Source: a virus
Direction: 5' to 3' (one strand)
DNA length: 64,000 nt
IMG/VR virus record: IMGVR_UViG_3300006735_000027
Location: 9,143-73,142 of that record
Shown: positions 38,005-48,015 of the stretch, in pieces
Position numbering within the stretch: position 1 is the stretch's first letter
Layout of the letters: the number at the start of each line of letters is the position of its first letter
Program-made: the position numbers and the translations under genes
Notes under the pieces: model-generated
The model's database searches: none
What the model saw: only the letters and a program-made list of their open reading frames with translations
Told to the model about the DNA's origin: nothing

Positions 38005-38469
38005 TCAGTTCAGCATGACGACAGTCACAGTTCCTGCGCCAGCCGCTTCGCCGTGAAGGACGATGGCCGGGAGAGAACCCCCAGTCTTGGTCGCTGGGGC
38101 GGTACCGGTGTTGGTGAACGTGGCGGACAGAGTCTTGTCTGCCACTGCGAACGTCTGTCCGAGGACACCAATGATTTTCGAGGCGCCTGCGCTGATGGTC
38201 ATCGTTTGCTCAGCAGCGTCGGCCAAGGTGAACGCGATGGTCACCAAGCGCATGCTGCCGACAGCGTTTCCGTCAGCGTTGCTGGCGGTAAAGCCCGTCA
38301 GGCTTCCGGGGTAGGAACCTCCGGTGTTGCCGCTGAGCCAACCAGTCTCATCGACAGGTGTGCCCGTTCGCATGTCGAGGTCCAAGAGAACCGAAACCGT
38401 ACCGTTGGTGAAATCACCGTCATCGTAAGAAATCGTCAGTTGCTTGTTTTCTGCCGTTCGTGTAGTCAT
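38005..38469 (-). CDS. Putative capsid cement/decoration protein
   Basis: It lies immediately after the MCP, is beta-rich, has strongly biased codons, and shares an identical 19-nt initiation region with the MCP gene. Confidence 0.6.
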   Translation of the reverse strand: MTTRTAENKQLTISYDDGDFTNGTVSVLLDLDMRTGTPVDETGWLSGNTGGSYPGSLTGFTASNADGNAVGSMRLVTIAFTLADAAEQTMTISAGASKIIGVLGQTFAVADKTLSATFTNTGTAPATKTGGSLPAIVLHGEAAGAGTVTVVMLN

Positions 38470-39648
38470 GATTCATTCCTCCATGTGTTCTCTTCAGCAC
38501 GCCCTCACTTGAGGTCGCGGATGCTCCCCTGTCCACCGAAGAAGGTGGTCCAGACTTCGCCCATGGTGCGGTACAGGCCTTCCTGACCGAGCCGGTTGAT
38601 GGCGAAGGGGTCGCCCGTCTCAATGCCGGACTCGAAGTACTGAGTCGGCTTGGCGGTGCTGAAGTAGAGGTAGTCCGTGTCCATCATGTAGATGCGGCTG
38701 ATGCCGTCACTGGCCATTTCCTTGGTGGGGATGATGGGGACACCGTTGTAGGTCGCCACGATGAACCCGGCTTCGATACCGGGGACACCCTTGACGCCGT
38801 TGTAGGTGGGAACCACACGCTTCTCTTCCATGAAGCGCTGTTGCGCCTGCAGGAGTTGCTGGATGCGCATGAGGGTGTCGTACCCGGTCAGCATGACCTT
38901 GGGGTTGCCACCGCGCTCCCAAATGAGGCGGAAGAGTTCGTCAAGGTGGTCGAGGCTCAGAGTCCGGTTGGTGGAACTTGAGTCAGCGGAGTCCTCGGCG
39001 AAGGACCACGTGTTGGCGCTGCGGTCGATGGAGTAGAGGTCCTCGTCGTTGGTGTCGTAGTGCGTACCGGAGGTCATCGAGTTGTTGCCCGTGGTGATGC
39101 GGTCGAGCGACTCAATGTCGTTGCCCGCAACCGTGGTGACGTCCTCGGTGAGCATGTCGTTGATGTGCTCTGCGTGGTGCTTGCCCATTTCCTCCTTGAG
39201 GACTGAGCGGATGTCGCCCAGACCGTCGTCCTTGTCGTTGAGGAAGATGGCCGTCTCCGACATGTCGAAGGAGTGAGCCACAGTCTTGGGCTTTGCAGCC
39301 ACGTTCTGGAACGTTGGCTTGGTGGTGTCCGGCAGAGTGCCGTTCTCAGCGATGCCGCCGCCAACAACCTTGGAAGGCTTAGCGGTGACGACGCGCCATC
39401 CACTGCGGTCCCAAGGCTTCTTGGGAAGGATGGAGAAGGCGTTGAACTCTTGGTTCAACTGGCTCCAGACCTTGCGGCCGTAGATGGCTTGGTAGGTACC
39501 AGCCGTGGTGCTGAGGAGCGGAGCGTCCGCCTTCAGCAACTCACTGCCGGAGTAGGAGTAGCCCATCGAGGACCCTGCCCCGTAGTAGTACCGCTCCATG
39601 TCGTTGACTGTTCGCATGTAGTTTCGTGCCATGATTCATTCCTCCATG
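38467..39648 (-). repeat. Exact 19-bp direct repeat covering the RBS and ATG of the MCP and cement genes (38467-38485 and 39630-39648)
   Basis: CATGGAGGAATGAATCATG occurs on the minus strand at both sites. Confidence 0.9.
38505..39632 (-). CDS. Major capsid protein (HK97 fold)
   Basis: It is 375 aa and follows the protease. It has an E-loop/backbone-helix pattern (GGIAENGTLP...KPKTVAHSF...LKEEMGKHHAEHINDML) and P-domain TYNGVPII, with strong codon bias. Confidence 0.9.
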   Translation of the reverse strand: MARNYMRTVNDMERYYYGAGSSMGYSYSGSELLKADAPLLSTTAGTYQAIYGRKVWSQLNQEFNAFSILPKKPWDRSGWRVVTAKPSKVVGGGIAENGTLPDTTKPTFQNVAAKPKTVAHSFDMSETAIFLNDKDDGLGDIRSVLKEEMGKHHAEHINDMLTEDVTTVAGNDIESLDRITTGNNSMTSGTHYDTNDEDLYSIDRSANTWSFAEDSADSSSTNRTLSLDHLDELFRLIWERGGNPKVMLTGYDTLMRIQQLLQAQQRFMEEKRVVPTYNGVKGVPGIEAGFIVATYNGVPIIPTKEMASDGISRIYMMDTDYLYFSTAKPTQYFESGIETGDPFAINRLGQEGLYRTMGEVWTTFFGGQGSIRDLK

Positions 39649-39667
39649 ATTTCTGTTTGTCCGAGGC

Positions 39668-41068
39668 TCAAGCCTCGAAGACGCTCCCGGCGAGGCGGTG
39701 AACCTCGTCCCAACCCATGTTGGCGAGGTCCTGAGTAGACGGGACCTCGACCGTGGTAACCGACTTGCGGATGGCCGGAGCCTCAGCAGCGGTGGAGCCG
39801 ATGTTGTCGATGCGGGTGCTGAGGTCGCTCAGCGCCTTTTCGATGTTTGCCAGTGGGGTGCGAGCGTCGAAGGAAGATGCGGCGCGCGCCTCAGCCTCAG
39901 CGTTCATTTCCTTGGCGAGGCGGTCAGCGAAGACCTGTCCGAGGTTGCCCTTGAACTGCTCTTCGATGGCCGCAGCCTTGTAGACTTCGTAAGCGGCTTC
40001 GAGGTCAGAAGCGCTGACGTCAGCCGGAGCGAGGTAGCCCTTGGAGACTTCGCCGCTACCGCCGGAGTTCAACTTTCCAACGGCGTTGGTGGAAGGGGAG
40101 CCGCTTTCTTGGGCACGTCCCTTGACCTGACCAGCGAAGTATTCGGCACCGTCACCAATGGCCTCGGGCGTGGAGCCGAGGTTGGCCTTGGAGATGTCGT
40201 CAAAGTGAGCGCGAGCCGCCATGGTGTCGACGCCCTGAGACTTCAGAGTGTCCTCCATCCACGAGAGGTACTCGCTGGAGATGACGTCACTGTATTCGCC
40301 CTTGGCCATATCGCCGTGAGCCATCTTGTGAGCGCCGCCGTACATGCCTTCCTTCTTGTCCTCGCTCGCCATTTCCTTGCCTTCGTCTTCTTCGGACTCA
40401 GGCTTGTCCTTTTTCTTGCCTTCCATGTGCTCTTTCAAGCCTTCAGGCATTCCCTTTTCCATGGCATCAAGTCGCCCGTTCAGCCGGTCAAGCACGCCGG
40501 AAAGGTCGTTCAGTACGTTGTCTTCGTTCGTCATTGTGGTGTCCTCCTTCAAAATTCGGAATGTGGCCTCAGGATTGATGCCTTTCTCGCAAATGGTCAC
40601 TTCGTGTAGTTCCAACTTCGAGATTTCGGTGTAATCACCGTGACTGGCGTCGCTCTTGCGCATGCGCTTGAACGCCTGTCCCCCGATGCTGAAGCCACGA
40701 AGAGCCCCCTTGCGAATTTCAGACGCGACTTCGCGCGCCTTCTCAATGTCGTCGCGCAACTGAATGACGACAAACATGCCGGCGTCGTCGACACCGGACT
40801 TCCAAACACGGCCATCTGAGTCCACGTAGGAGGGGATGACCTTTCCAACTTGAATGTTGGAGTGAGCGAGTTGCACGTTGCGGAAACCATCCGCCTTCAT
40901 GAAGCCGTCAAAGGCGTCACGGAGAGCGCCGCGGGTGATGAGGTCACCCTGCTTGTCCACCATTTCGACAGACGCGTAGCCAGCGATGACGAGGTCATCG
41001 GCCGCCTTGAGGATGCTGATGCTCCCGCCGTGGTTGACGGCGGAGGTCCTCAGCGCGGCGGTGGCCAT
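39668..41068 (-). CDS. Prohead protease fused to scaffold domain
   Basis: HK97-type protease motifs are IAGYASVEMVDKQGD, LAHS, GFSIGG and LHEVTICEKGINPEATF. The C-terminal half is charged and helical like a scaffold. Confidence 0.9.
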   Translation of the reverse strand: MATAALRTSAVNHGGSISILKAADDLVIAGYASVEMVDKQGDLITRGALRDAFDGFMKADGFRNVQLAHSNIQVGKVIPSYVDSDGRVWKSGVDDAGMFVVIQLRDDIEKAREVASEIRKGALRGFSIGGQAFKRMRKSDASHGDYTEISKLELHEVTICEKGINPEATFRILKEDTTMTNEDNVLNDLSGVLDRLNGRLDAMEKGMPEGLKEHMEGKKKDKPESEEDEGKEMASEDKKEGMYGGAHKMAHGDMAKGEYSDVISSEYLSWMEDTLKSQGVDTMAARAHFDDISKANLGSTPEAIGDGAEYFAGQVKGRAQESGSPSTNAVGKLNSGGSGEVSKGYLAPADVSASDLEAAYEVYKAAAIEEQFKGNLGQVFADRLAKEMNAEAEARAASSFDARTPLANIEKALSDLSTRIDNIGSTAAEAPAIRKSVTTVEVPSTQDLANMGWDEVHRLAGSVFEA

Positions 41069-41092
41069 TGTCTTCAGAACCTGTCGTCATTC

Positions 41093-41100
41093 TACTTAAC
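41093..41100 (-). promoter_or_regulatory. Putative TATA box of a leaderless late promoter for protease/MCP
   Basis: GTTAAGTA ends 25 nt upstream of ATG 41068, which has no obvious RBS. Confidence 0.5.
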
Positions 41101-44100
41101 TACCTACGAAGGACGGCCTTGTCTTCTGTGATGTCCAAAACACCTGCTTCTGTAGGCACGCTCATGCGCTTGGGAGGCTCGGAGTCTTCCGATTCTTCTT
41201 CAATGTCTTCGTCTTCTCCGGGGCGCTTTCGGTTGTCGTAGTCGGGCATGGTCTTCTCATCGTGGAGATTGGTCGGACCCATGGGTGATTCGATGGGTGT
41301 TGCGTAGTCAAAGCCCAGACCCTTCGCACCTGCGTTGGCTGCGCCTACAGCACCAATGCTACTCTTGAGAAAGCGGTCGACAAGTTCCAGACCTTTGACG
41401 AGCACCTTGGCCTTCTGACGATTGTCCCACCAAGAAGTGTCCTTGACCTTCTTGGGTTCAATGAGAGGTTCAGCCTCCTCTTCGGATTCATGCACCTCCT
41501 CTTTGATTTCAAGGTTAGCCTTGAGCAAAGCGCCTGCTACCGGTCCCCAGTAAGGTCGCTGACTTTCAGACAGGCGAATGATGTAGCGGTTGTCGGCCAA
41601 GGGACTATGCAGCGTCCACATGCCACCAGATTCTGTCGCCTTATAGAGCACGTCGCCTTGCGGCATGACGACACGAACGCCTGTGCTGGCTCGCTCGACT
41701 TCGCAAAGCCACTGCGGTCCGACTGACTTCGCCAGAAGACCCAGCGTTTCGCGGCTGACCAGAGGCTCGCCCTCGGCCTCACCTTCAATCTCAGAGCCCA
41801 TGATGGTGAACACTGGGTCTTCGACTGAGTTCTCAACACGACTGACGTTGGCGACGTTGACGCGAACGTGGTCACCTTCGTTGAACTTCTCAGGACTGTT
41901 GAACGCTGCGCCCACATCCATGTAGGTGTCGCCGTCGGCCTCGACCGCGCGGCTGCCAATGGCCTCTTCACGTGTAATAGGGCCAGTGCCGAGACGGTAC
42001 GTGTAGGGACCTACACCCCGTCGCTCAAGCACACGGAGCACCACGTCTTGGCCGGGACGTAGCATGACCCACTTGGGATGACGCATCTCACCAGCCATGT
42101 AGACCGACTTCGCGTCTCGGAGCAGAATGTTCTCATGGTCTTTCTGCAACGACTCAACGGCCAACTTCAGACCCTCGTCGTCGGTTAGGCGTGTGTCGCT
42201 GGCGCTCGGCGTGTGAATGTTGTCGATACCTTCCATGCCGCCACGTAGAATTTTGATGCGGTCGTTGAGGGGTACGTCGTGAACTTCCTTGCCGGCAAAC
42301 TCAAGCACGTCGAAGATGTAGTAGCCGTCTTCCAACTTGACGACGTCCGCTTTGTACTCGTGGTCGGTGACCTTCTGAAAGTTCTCTTTGTCCTCGTCGG
42401 ACAGCGAGAACGTCGACGTGATGTCGTCGTCATCGTCCTTCTCAACAAAGCCTCGCTCGCCTTCCGGCATGTGCGAAACAATCCAGTCACCTGTGAAACC
42501 GCGCAGATGCTCCAAGTCTTCCAACTTGAAAATGCGGTGCATCGGCTGGAGCAAGGGGACTTTCGGACCCAACTCTTTGCGGATGATGTCTGGGTTGGTC
42601 AGGTCGGCCAGCCCCAACTCAGACTTCACCGAGTTCGTGCTCCCCTGATTGCGTGCAAGCCCTGTCGACGTCGGCTTCGTGTGAGCAGCCTGTCGCTCAA
42701 GCGTGTTGAGTGCTGTACGAGCACCGGCGTGGTCAGGATGCTTCAGCATGTGCATCCATGCGGCAGGGGCGACGGCATTCCAAATGGTTTCCGTGGGTTG
42801 GACAAGACGCATGGGGATGCCCTGCGCACTCGGCATAATGCTGACCTCGCCGTCGAATCCGATGCGGAAATTGAAGTTCGGATGGAACAGGTCGCCGTAT
42901 TCGTGCGCCAAGCCCGAGGAGTTGTACAGACTGTGGACTGAGTGCCCATGCGGACCCGCTGCATCGACCGGCACGGGTGCTCTACCGCGCTTCGTTTCCG
43001 TGACCGACGAAGCCGCCTCGACTTCGGGCAGGAAGGTGACGAGGCTGTCGAGATGCTGCTTGGTGTTCCAATACTTGCGCTCGCGCTGGTTGCCGCCGCC
43101 AGCAGGCTTCTTGGTCAGAGGTTCGTATTCACTGCGCCGTGAGTCCGCGTTATACGCTTGCGTGAACTGCATACCCAATTGCTGGTTGCGCTCATCTGCC
43201 TGATAGCCGATGGTGCGGTGAACGCGACCGACATCCAGTTGCACGTCCATAGCAGCGCGCTGCTTCTTCATCTTCTCAGCCTCGGCAGCGATGTCGCGGT
43301 CAGGGTGCAGTTTCTCCATCAACTGGCGCACGGACATCACAGGCGCAGGCGGCAGACCCGCACTCATTCGTGGAATGATGACCTCTTGCAGGTAGTCGCT
43401 TGCCAACTTCGTATCGTGAGGAGAGTTGGCGTCGAGACCAAGATGCTGGAGCATATTGTTGAACGTCTCTCCTACGTCTGCCATGGGGTCAAACTCGAAC
43501 GGCTCTCCGTGCTCATGCCCAAGGCTCTTGATTTCATGACCAAGGCCAGCGTGACGCTTCTGTCCCACCTCATGCTCGGTCGTACCCATGGTGTGGATGC
43601 CGTGCGTTCCGTGAGGAGCGGCGTGAAGGAACTCGTTGCCCATGCGAGCCAGCATGCGCATGTTGGCCTCGACCGTTTCGTGAGGCAAGTTGGGGTTGAG
43701 GATGTGGTCCCGCGTTTCGGGGTCCATGCGGTCAACAATGTGCCGCACGGCTTGACCGATGGCGTGGTCGTCAGCACGGAGCCGGTCGGCGAGGACGTTG
43801 CGTTTTCGATGAGCCTGACCTGCTTTGGGACTGAGTGTAGCAGTCACCTGAGAACCAGTCTCAGACAGCCCTGTTTCGAGGCGAGCCAACTCCTCGTTGA
43901 GTTCGGACATCTGGTCGCGGTAAGCCTGAAGTTGACTTCGCGTCGCACCTTCGCTCTGAGCCTGAGCCATCTCATTCTGCAGCGCTCCGACACGCTCAGC
44001 GAGCATGAAGTAACGCTCTTGGTCTTCGGTCGCAGGCTGAGCCTCGCTGATGCGTGGCTCCAACTCACCGGAAGGAGCGGTGCCTGCAGGGAAATTGACG

Positions 44101-46847
44101 CCGTAGTTGACCATCACGTTAGTATCGGGGTCGTCGTCCAGAGGCGCCTCGCCAAAGCGGTACATGCGGCGCTCGTGAGTCGAGTGCAATCGCTCTTTGC
44201 GACGAGCGTATTCTTCTTCCAACTCTTGCTGGCGACCTTCAGGAGCGACGCGCATGCGCTGCTCAAACTCAGCGTCCAGTGCCGCCAATTCGCGTGCAAG
44301 GTCTGCGGAGGCAGGTGGCTCATCCCGATGCTGCAACTCCTCCATCTGCGCGTCGTGGTCCGCCAGACTGGACGTAAGGCGACCGCGGTCATCGGTCAAA
44401 TGAAAGACGTGCTGCTGCGGGTCCATGGGGGCACGAGCAAAGCCCATCATGGTCGCAATGGCATGATGATGCTGACTGTGATGCTTGTCGAACGTCTCCT
44501 CGTTGTAGGCACCACCTGCAACACCGAAGGGGTTCTGCCCAGTCAAGTGCTCTGATTCTTTCCCAGTTCTGCGTTGATGAGCCAATTCCGCAGCCTCCCT
44601 GTCGCCAGATTCACGGGCATCATGGTATTCACGCGCCAACGTGTTGTGGTATGCACCGTCAACCGTGGTCGCGTGGCGGTTATAGTGTGCGTTTTGGCCA
44701 CCTGAGCCCTTGATGCGCGACGACACGGACACGTTGTGCGGGTTCATGGTCGAGCCCGCGTCAGCATAAGTCGGCTCCCCTCTTGGGTCTGAATCTGCGG
44801 TACCTTGCCCTACATTTTGAACAGTGACCAACTTTTTACCCTGCATCATGCGGAACAGTTGCGCTTCGCGCTGACCAAACGGCCCGATGAAGGGGACCAT
44901 CGAGGCCCCGTCATCTTCGTGACGTGTCCTAATACCAGTGCGTGTGCGTGAAAACATCAGGCTGTCTTCTTGCTTTCCGCGAAGCCCAGCAACGCCAGTT
45001 CGCGCTTCGACAGGGTTGAACTGTGTCGTGGTCTGAGGCACCAACTCTTCACCATAGAACTCGGCCAGCGCCTTCGCCTCTTCGTCGGGAGGGAGTTCAA
45101 CTTCTTCTGAATCGAACAACTTCGTGTGATGGTGAAGCAGGTTGAACAGTTCGTTGGGGCGCTTACCCATACCGCCACGCATCCATGGCTTTTTCCAGAA
45201 CGTGGCCAACGTCGTGTGGTCGCCGTTCGCATAGCCGTAGTGTTCCGGGTCAACATGCGTGCCGAAATGGAAGATACCGTGGTTAGTCGCCATGCGAGAG
45301 GCAGCCGCGACCTCCTTGGCTGATTCTTCACGAGTGCGGAAGATTTCGTCAATCTCGTCTTGCGTGAACACCTTGTCGGGTCGACTGTGAAACATACCGC
45401 CGCCCAGTCCCAAGTAATGTGGTGCGCCGGCCGGCAAAAGTTTCCGAGTTTCTGGGTCCACACCCAACATCGCAGCCATCACCAAGTAGGAAGGTGCAAC
45501 GCCCGGCTCCATGCTTCCATCGGCTCTTTTTCGAGGTTCCGTCGAGCGGTGAGTGACGCTGACGGTGCCATCAGTATGCTGTGTGATGTGAGGTGTTTGA
45601 CTGGTAAGAAGCAGGTCCTTAGGTTGCAGTTGATAGCCGTTCAATCGAGCATCCTCCTGCAAACGCAAGTTGTACTCCTTGACGGCACGCTCCCAAGCAT
45701 TACCTTCCTTACCTGCTGTGCTATGGTTCCTCATGGCGCTGAGCCCGTGCACCTTCTCGACGTACTCAGCCTTCTCAGGTAGGCGGATGGGTCGATTCAT
45801 CACAGGCTCAGTTGGCATGCCGACCGGACGCACCCAGTGGTCGTAAAGTCCAGAAAAGCGTTGGTGAAAGTTGCGAACAAAGCGAGGTATCAGATTGGCC
45901 CCGTTGGCTATACCGGGGACACTGAACGGCTTCTGTGATTTGGAAGCACCGTGTTCGCGCAAGTGCTCGTAGAAATCGTGCCGCTGCTCAGGCGTCAGCC
46001 ACTCAAGCCCCATGAGGTAGTCCATCAGACCAAAATCCTGTGACCACTCAGCCTTGCGCTGATTCATGTGAGCATCACGCTTCGCTTGCTCGCCCTGCTG
46101 CACCGTGAGTTCGCCACGACCGACAGCGTCGTCAATTTGACTGGACGCTTCTTGCCCTTGACCTCTCGACCATTTCAGGTAGTTCTCGTCGTAGAGACCA
46201 TGGTTGGTTGCGTATTCAGTGTCCAGTTCACCGTAGTGGTGAGGCTTGAGCATGAAGCGGTGGTCACCTTCACGGGCATGCGTTTCCCAATCGGCCTCAC
46301 GCGCACTGTCGTGTTCGCTTTGACCGCTGCTGTAAAAGTCCGCGACATGCTCGTGGTAGCGGTCGTGCAGTGGGTTGAACTGTGCGGAGCCCAACGGGTC
46401 GTGCGTTCGGTAGGGGTCCTCGGCGTTGCCGTCGACCATCTCAAACCCACGACCAGTAAGCGATTGACCGGGCTCAGGAGGGACGACGCGCATTTCGTCA
46501 TAGGACGGGTTGTCGGCCAAGCCCATGCCGGCACCGTGACTCAGCGCATAACCGACTTGCGACTGCGCAAGGCCAGAGCCCACCATGGGACCTGCTTCAG
46601 CCTCAGCCTCCAGACTCACCGCGCCCTGTGTGCCAGTGGTCTGGGATTCGTCTTCCTTGCGGATGACGGCGTGGAACATCTTGACGAGTGCATCATCGCC
46701 AGCGTCGAGGAGGTAGCCGTGGCGCTCTGCGTTCACGACTGCGAGGAAGAAGTCTGCGCCGGCATCGGCCTTCCCAATGCCGTCGAGCAGTGAGGCGGTG
46801 AAGGTCTGCCTTGCCCTGTCGAGGGAATCGAGGGGACCGTCTCGCAT
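41100..46847 (-). CDS. 1915-aa head-module protein with C-terminal degenerate ATP-dependent DNA ligase (NTase + OB) domain
   Basis: Ligase-like motifs are WIVSHMPEGER (I, Lys absent), YYIFDVL...PLNDRIKIL (IIIa) and ENILLRDAKSVY..G..RHPKWVMLR (IV/V). I do not recognise the N-terminal ~1400 aa. Confidence 0.7.
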   Translation of the reverse strand: MRDGPLDSLDRARQTFTASLLDGIGKADAGADFFLAVVNAERHGYLLDAGDDALVKMFHAVIRKEDESQTTGTQGAVSLEAEAEAGPMVGSGLAQSQVGYALSHGAGMGLADNPSYDEMRVVPPEPGQSLTGRGFEMVDGNAEDPYRTHDPLGSAQFNPLHDRYHEHVADFYSSGQSEHDSAREADWETHAREGDHRFMLKPHHYGELDTEYATNHGLYDENYLKWSRGQGQEASSQIDDAVGRGELTVQQGEQAKRDAHMNQRKAEWSQDFGLMDYLMGLEWLTPEQRHDFYEHLREHGASKSQKPFSVPGIANGANLIPRFVRNFHQRFSGLYDHWVRPVGMPTEPVMNRPIRLPEKAEYVEKVHGLSAMRNHSTAGKEGNAWERAVKEYNLRLQEDARLNGYQLQPKDLLLTSQTPHITQHTDGTVSVTHRSTEPRKRADGSMEPGVAPSYLVMAAMLGVDPETRKLLPAGAPHYLGLGGGMFHSRPDKVFTQDEIDEIFRTREESAKEVAAASRMATNHGIFHFGTHVDPEHYGYANGDHTTLATFWKKPWMRGGMGKRPNELFNLLHHHTKLFDSEEVELPPDEEAKALAEFYGEELVPQTTTQFNPVEARTGVAGLRGKQEDSLMFSRTRTGIRTRHEDDGASMVPFIGPFGQREAQLFRMMQGKKLVTVQNVGQGTADSDPRGEPTYADAGSTMNPHNVSVSSRIKGSGGQNAHYNRHATTVDGAYHNTLAREYHDARESGDREAAELAHQRRTGKESEHLTGQNPFGVAGGAYNEETFDKHHSQHHHAIATMMGFARAPMDPQQHVFHLTDDRGRLTSSLADHDAQMEELQHRDEPPASADLARELAALDAEFEQRMRVAPEGRQQELEEEYARRKERLHSTHERRMYRFGEAPLDDDPDTNVMVNYGVNFPAGTAPSGELEPRISEAQPATEDQERYFMLAERVGALQNEMAQAQSEGATRSQLQAYRDQMSELNEELARLETGLSETGSQVTATLSPKAGQAHRKRNVLADRLRADDHAIGQAVRHIVDRMDPETRDHILNPNLPHETVEANMRMLARMGNEFLHAAPHGTHGIHTMGTTEHEVGQKRHAGLGHEIKSLGHEHGEPFEFDPMADVGETFNNMLQHLGLDANSPHDTKLASDYLQEVIIPRMSAGLPPAPVMSVRQLMEKLHPDRDIAAEAEKMKKQRAAMDVQLDVGRVHRTIGYQADERNQQLGMQFTQAYNADSRRSEYEPLTKKPAGGGNQRERKYWNTKQHLDSLVTFLPEVEAASSVTETKRGRAPVPVDAAGPHGHSVHSLYNSSGLAHEYGDLFHPNFNFRIGFDGEVSIMPSAQGIPMRLVQPTETIWNAVAPAAWMHMLKHPDHAGARTALNTLERQAAHTKPTSTGLARNQGSTNSVKSELGLADLTNPDIIRKELGPKVPLLQPMHRIFKLEDLEHLRGFTGDWIVSHMPEGERGFVEKDDDDDITSTFSLSDEDKENFQKVTDHEYKADVVKLEDGYYIFDVLEFAGKEVHDVPLNDRIKILRGGMEGIDNIHTPSASDTRLTDDEGLKLAVESLQKDHENILLRDAKSVYMAGEMRHPKWVMLRPGQDVVLRVLERRGVGPYTYRLGTGPITREEAIGSRAVEADGDTYMDVGAAFNSPEKFNEGDHVRVNVANVSRVENSVEDPVFTIMGSEIEGEAEGEPLVSRETLGLLAKSVGPQWLCEVERASTGVRVVMPQGDVLYKATESGGMWTLHSPLADNRYIIRLSESQRPYWGPVAGALLKANLEIKEEVHESEEEAEPLIEPKKVKDTSWWDNRQKAKVLVKGLELVDRFLKSSIGAVGAANAGAKGLGFDYATPIESPMGPTNLHDEKTMPDYDNRKRPGEDEDIEEESEDSEPPKRMSVPTEAGVLDITEDKAVLRR

Positions 46848-46864
46848 CCGTCATCACCAGCCGC

Positions 46865-47272
46865 TCAGTTCAGACGGCTGGACAAACGGTCCACGGACTT
46901 CTTCACGTCGGTCATGGTTGGACCGTCACCGCCTTTGAAGTTCTCAAGAGCACCTGTCGTGCTGAATGCAGTTGGGTAGTAAGGCGACTCTCTGGTCAAG
47001 ACGTCGCTGTTCTCGGAGATGGCGCCCTTGTTGGCCACGTCTTCAACCTCAGGGACTGAGTTGTTGGTGTAGTAATGTGCAGATTGCACGTTGTCTTTCC
47101 CACCGCTCTGCGTCATGAATTGAGTCTGGCCAATCGTAGAGCCCTCTTTCTGTTCGTAGGCGGGCATGCTTCCTTCCTTCTTGGCGATACGGTCTTCAAG
47201 GGCCTTGGCTGCCTTGAGTAGTTCGGTGGCTTTGTCGCTTCCGGCTTCGTATCGTGGACGCATTTTTCTCAC
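46865..47272 (-). CDS. Hypothetical head-module protein (135 aa)
   Basis: It is tightly packed between the portal and the ligase-like gene and contains an ELLKAA motif. Confidence 0.7.
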   Translation of the reverse strand: MRKMRPRYEAGSDKATELLKAAKALEDRIAKKEGSMPAYEQKEGSTIGQTQFMTQSGGKDNVQSAHYYTNNSVPEVEDVANKGAISENSDVLTRESPYYPTAFSTTGALENFKGGDGPTMTDVKKSVDRLSSRLN

Positions 47273-47640
47273 TCCATTCCCATTGGTTGGCCGATGGCCC
47301 CAGACTCCTTGGCTTGGTCAGCAAGAGCGTGAATGTCGGACCAGTCCATCTTGTGGAAATCTGCGTTGGTAGTTGGCACATCAATGTCTGAGCCGTCCTG
47401 ACCCTTGAGGATGAAGTCATCAACTTCTCCTCGGAACCCATCTTGAAGCACGTCTTCAGGGCGCTGCGTTGCTGCCGACACGAAGCCAGCCTTGCGAAGC
47501 ATTGCAGACGGATTGCGCATCATACGCTTGAGTTCTTCATTCTCAGCCTTGAGGACCTGCATGTTGTTGTCCATGCTTTCCATCTTGCTGATGAGGGCGC
47601 CCATGAGGCGCTCAGCGGTGTTTCCCTCTCCCTCAGTCAC
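47269..47640 (-). CDS. Scaffold-like protein (123 aa)
   Basis: It has a coiled-coil N-half. Its C-terminal IDVPTTNADFHKMDWSDIHALA resembles the protease-scaffold C-terminus. Confidence 0.6.
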   Translation of the reverse strand: MTEGEGNTAERLMGALISKMESMDNNMQVLKAENEELKRMMRNPSAMLRKAGFVSAATQRPEDVLQDGFRGEVDDFILKGQDGSDIDVPTTNADFHKMDWSDIHALADQAKESGAIGQPMGME

Positions 47641-47649
47641 GCGCTCACC

Positions 47650-47991
47650 TCAGATGGTGCGGTTGGACAAACGTCGGTTGACCATGCCCACGCGGTTGGT
47701 ACGAACCATGCCGGGGAGAATGTTCTCGGTGGGCGCGTGTACGTTGTGCACCTCACTGGTCATCTTGCGGACGGGGACGCCGCCAGCGTAAATGTCGTTG
47801 ATGCCGATGCGGCGGTCATTGGCTTTGACGATGGAACTGTCGATGTCCCTTCCAAGGTAGTCCGCGAACTTCAGCACCTCGTTGATGTGGTCGCGTGCCG
47901 AAACGGTGTCTTGCTCTTCAAGCGCCTTATAGAAACCATCAACGTGAGTGCGCATCTTGCGCGCCATTGGGTCCAACTTCTTCAGGTCCAT
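47650..47991 (-). CDS. Hypothetical protein (113 aa)
   Basis: The start is reassigned to ATG 47991 (MDLKKLD), 25 nt below a TTTAAG box, which avoids overlap with the portal. Confidence 0.7.
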   Translation of the reverse strand: MDLKKLDPMARKMRTHVDGFYKALEEQDTVSARDHINEVLKFADYLGRDIDSSIVKANDRRIGINDIYAGGVPVRKMTSEVHNVHAPTENILPGMVRTNRVGMVNRRLSNRTI

Positions 47992-48015
47992 GCGAATCCC
48001 CACCACCGCTGTCGG

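Noticed and set aside
41750-42560. Functional replicative DNA ligase
   Set aside because: The catalytic Lys of motif I and the Lys residues of motifs IV/V are absent, so it is reported as degenerate instead.
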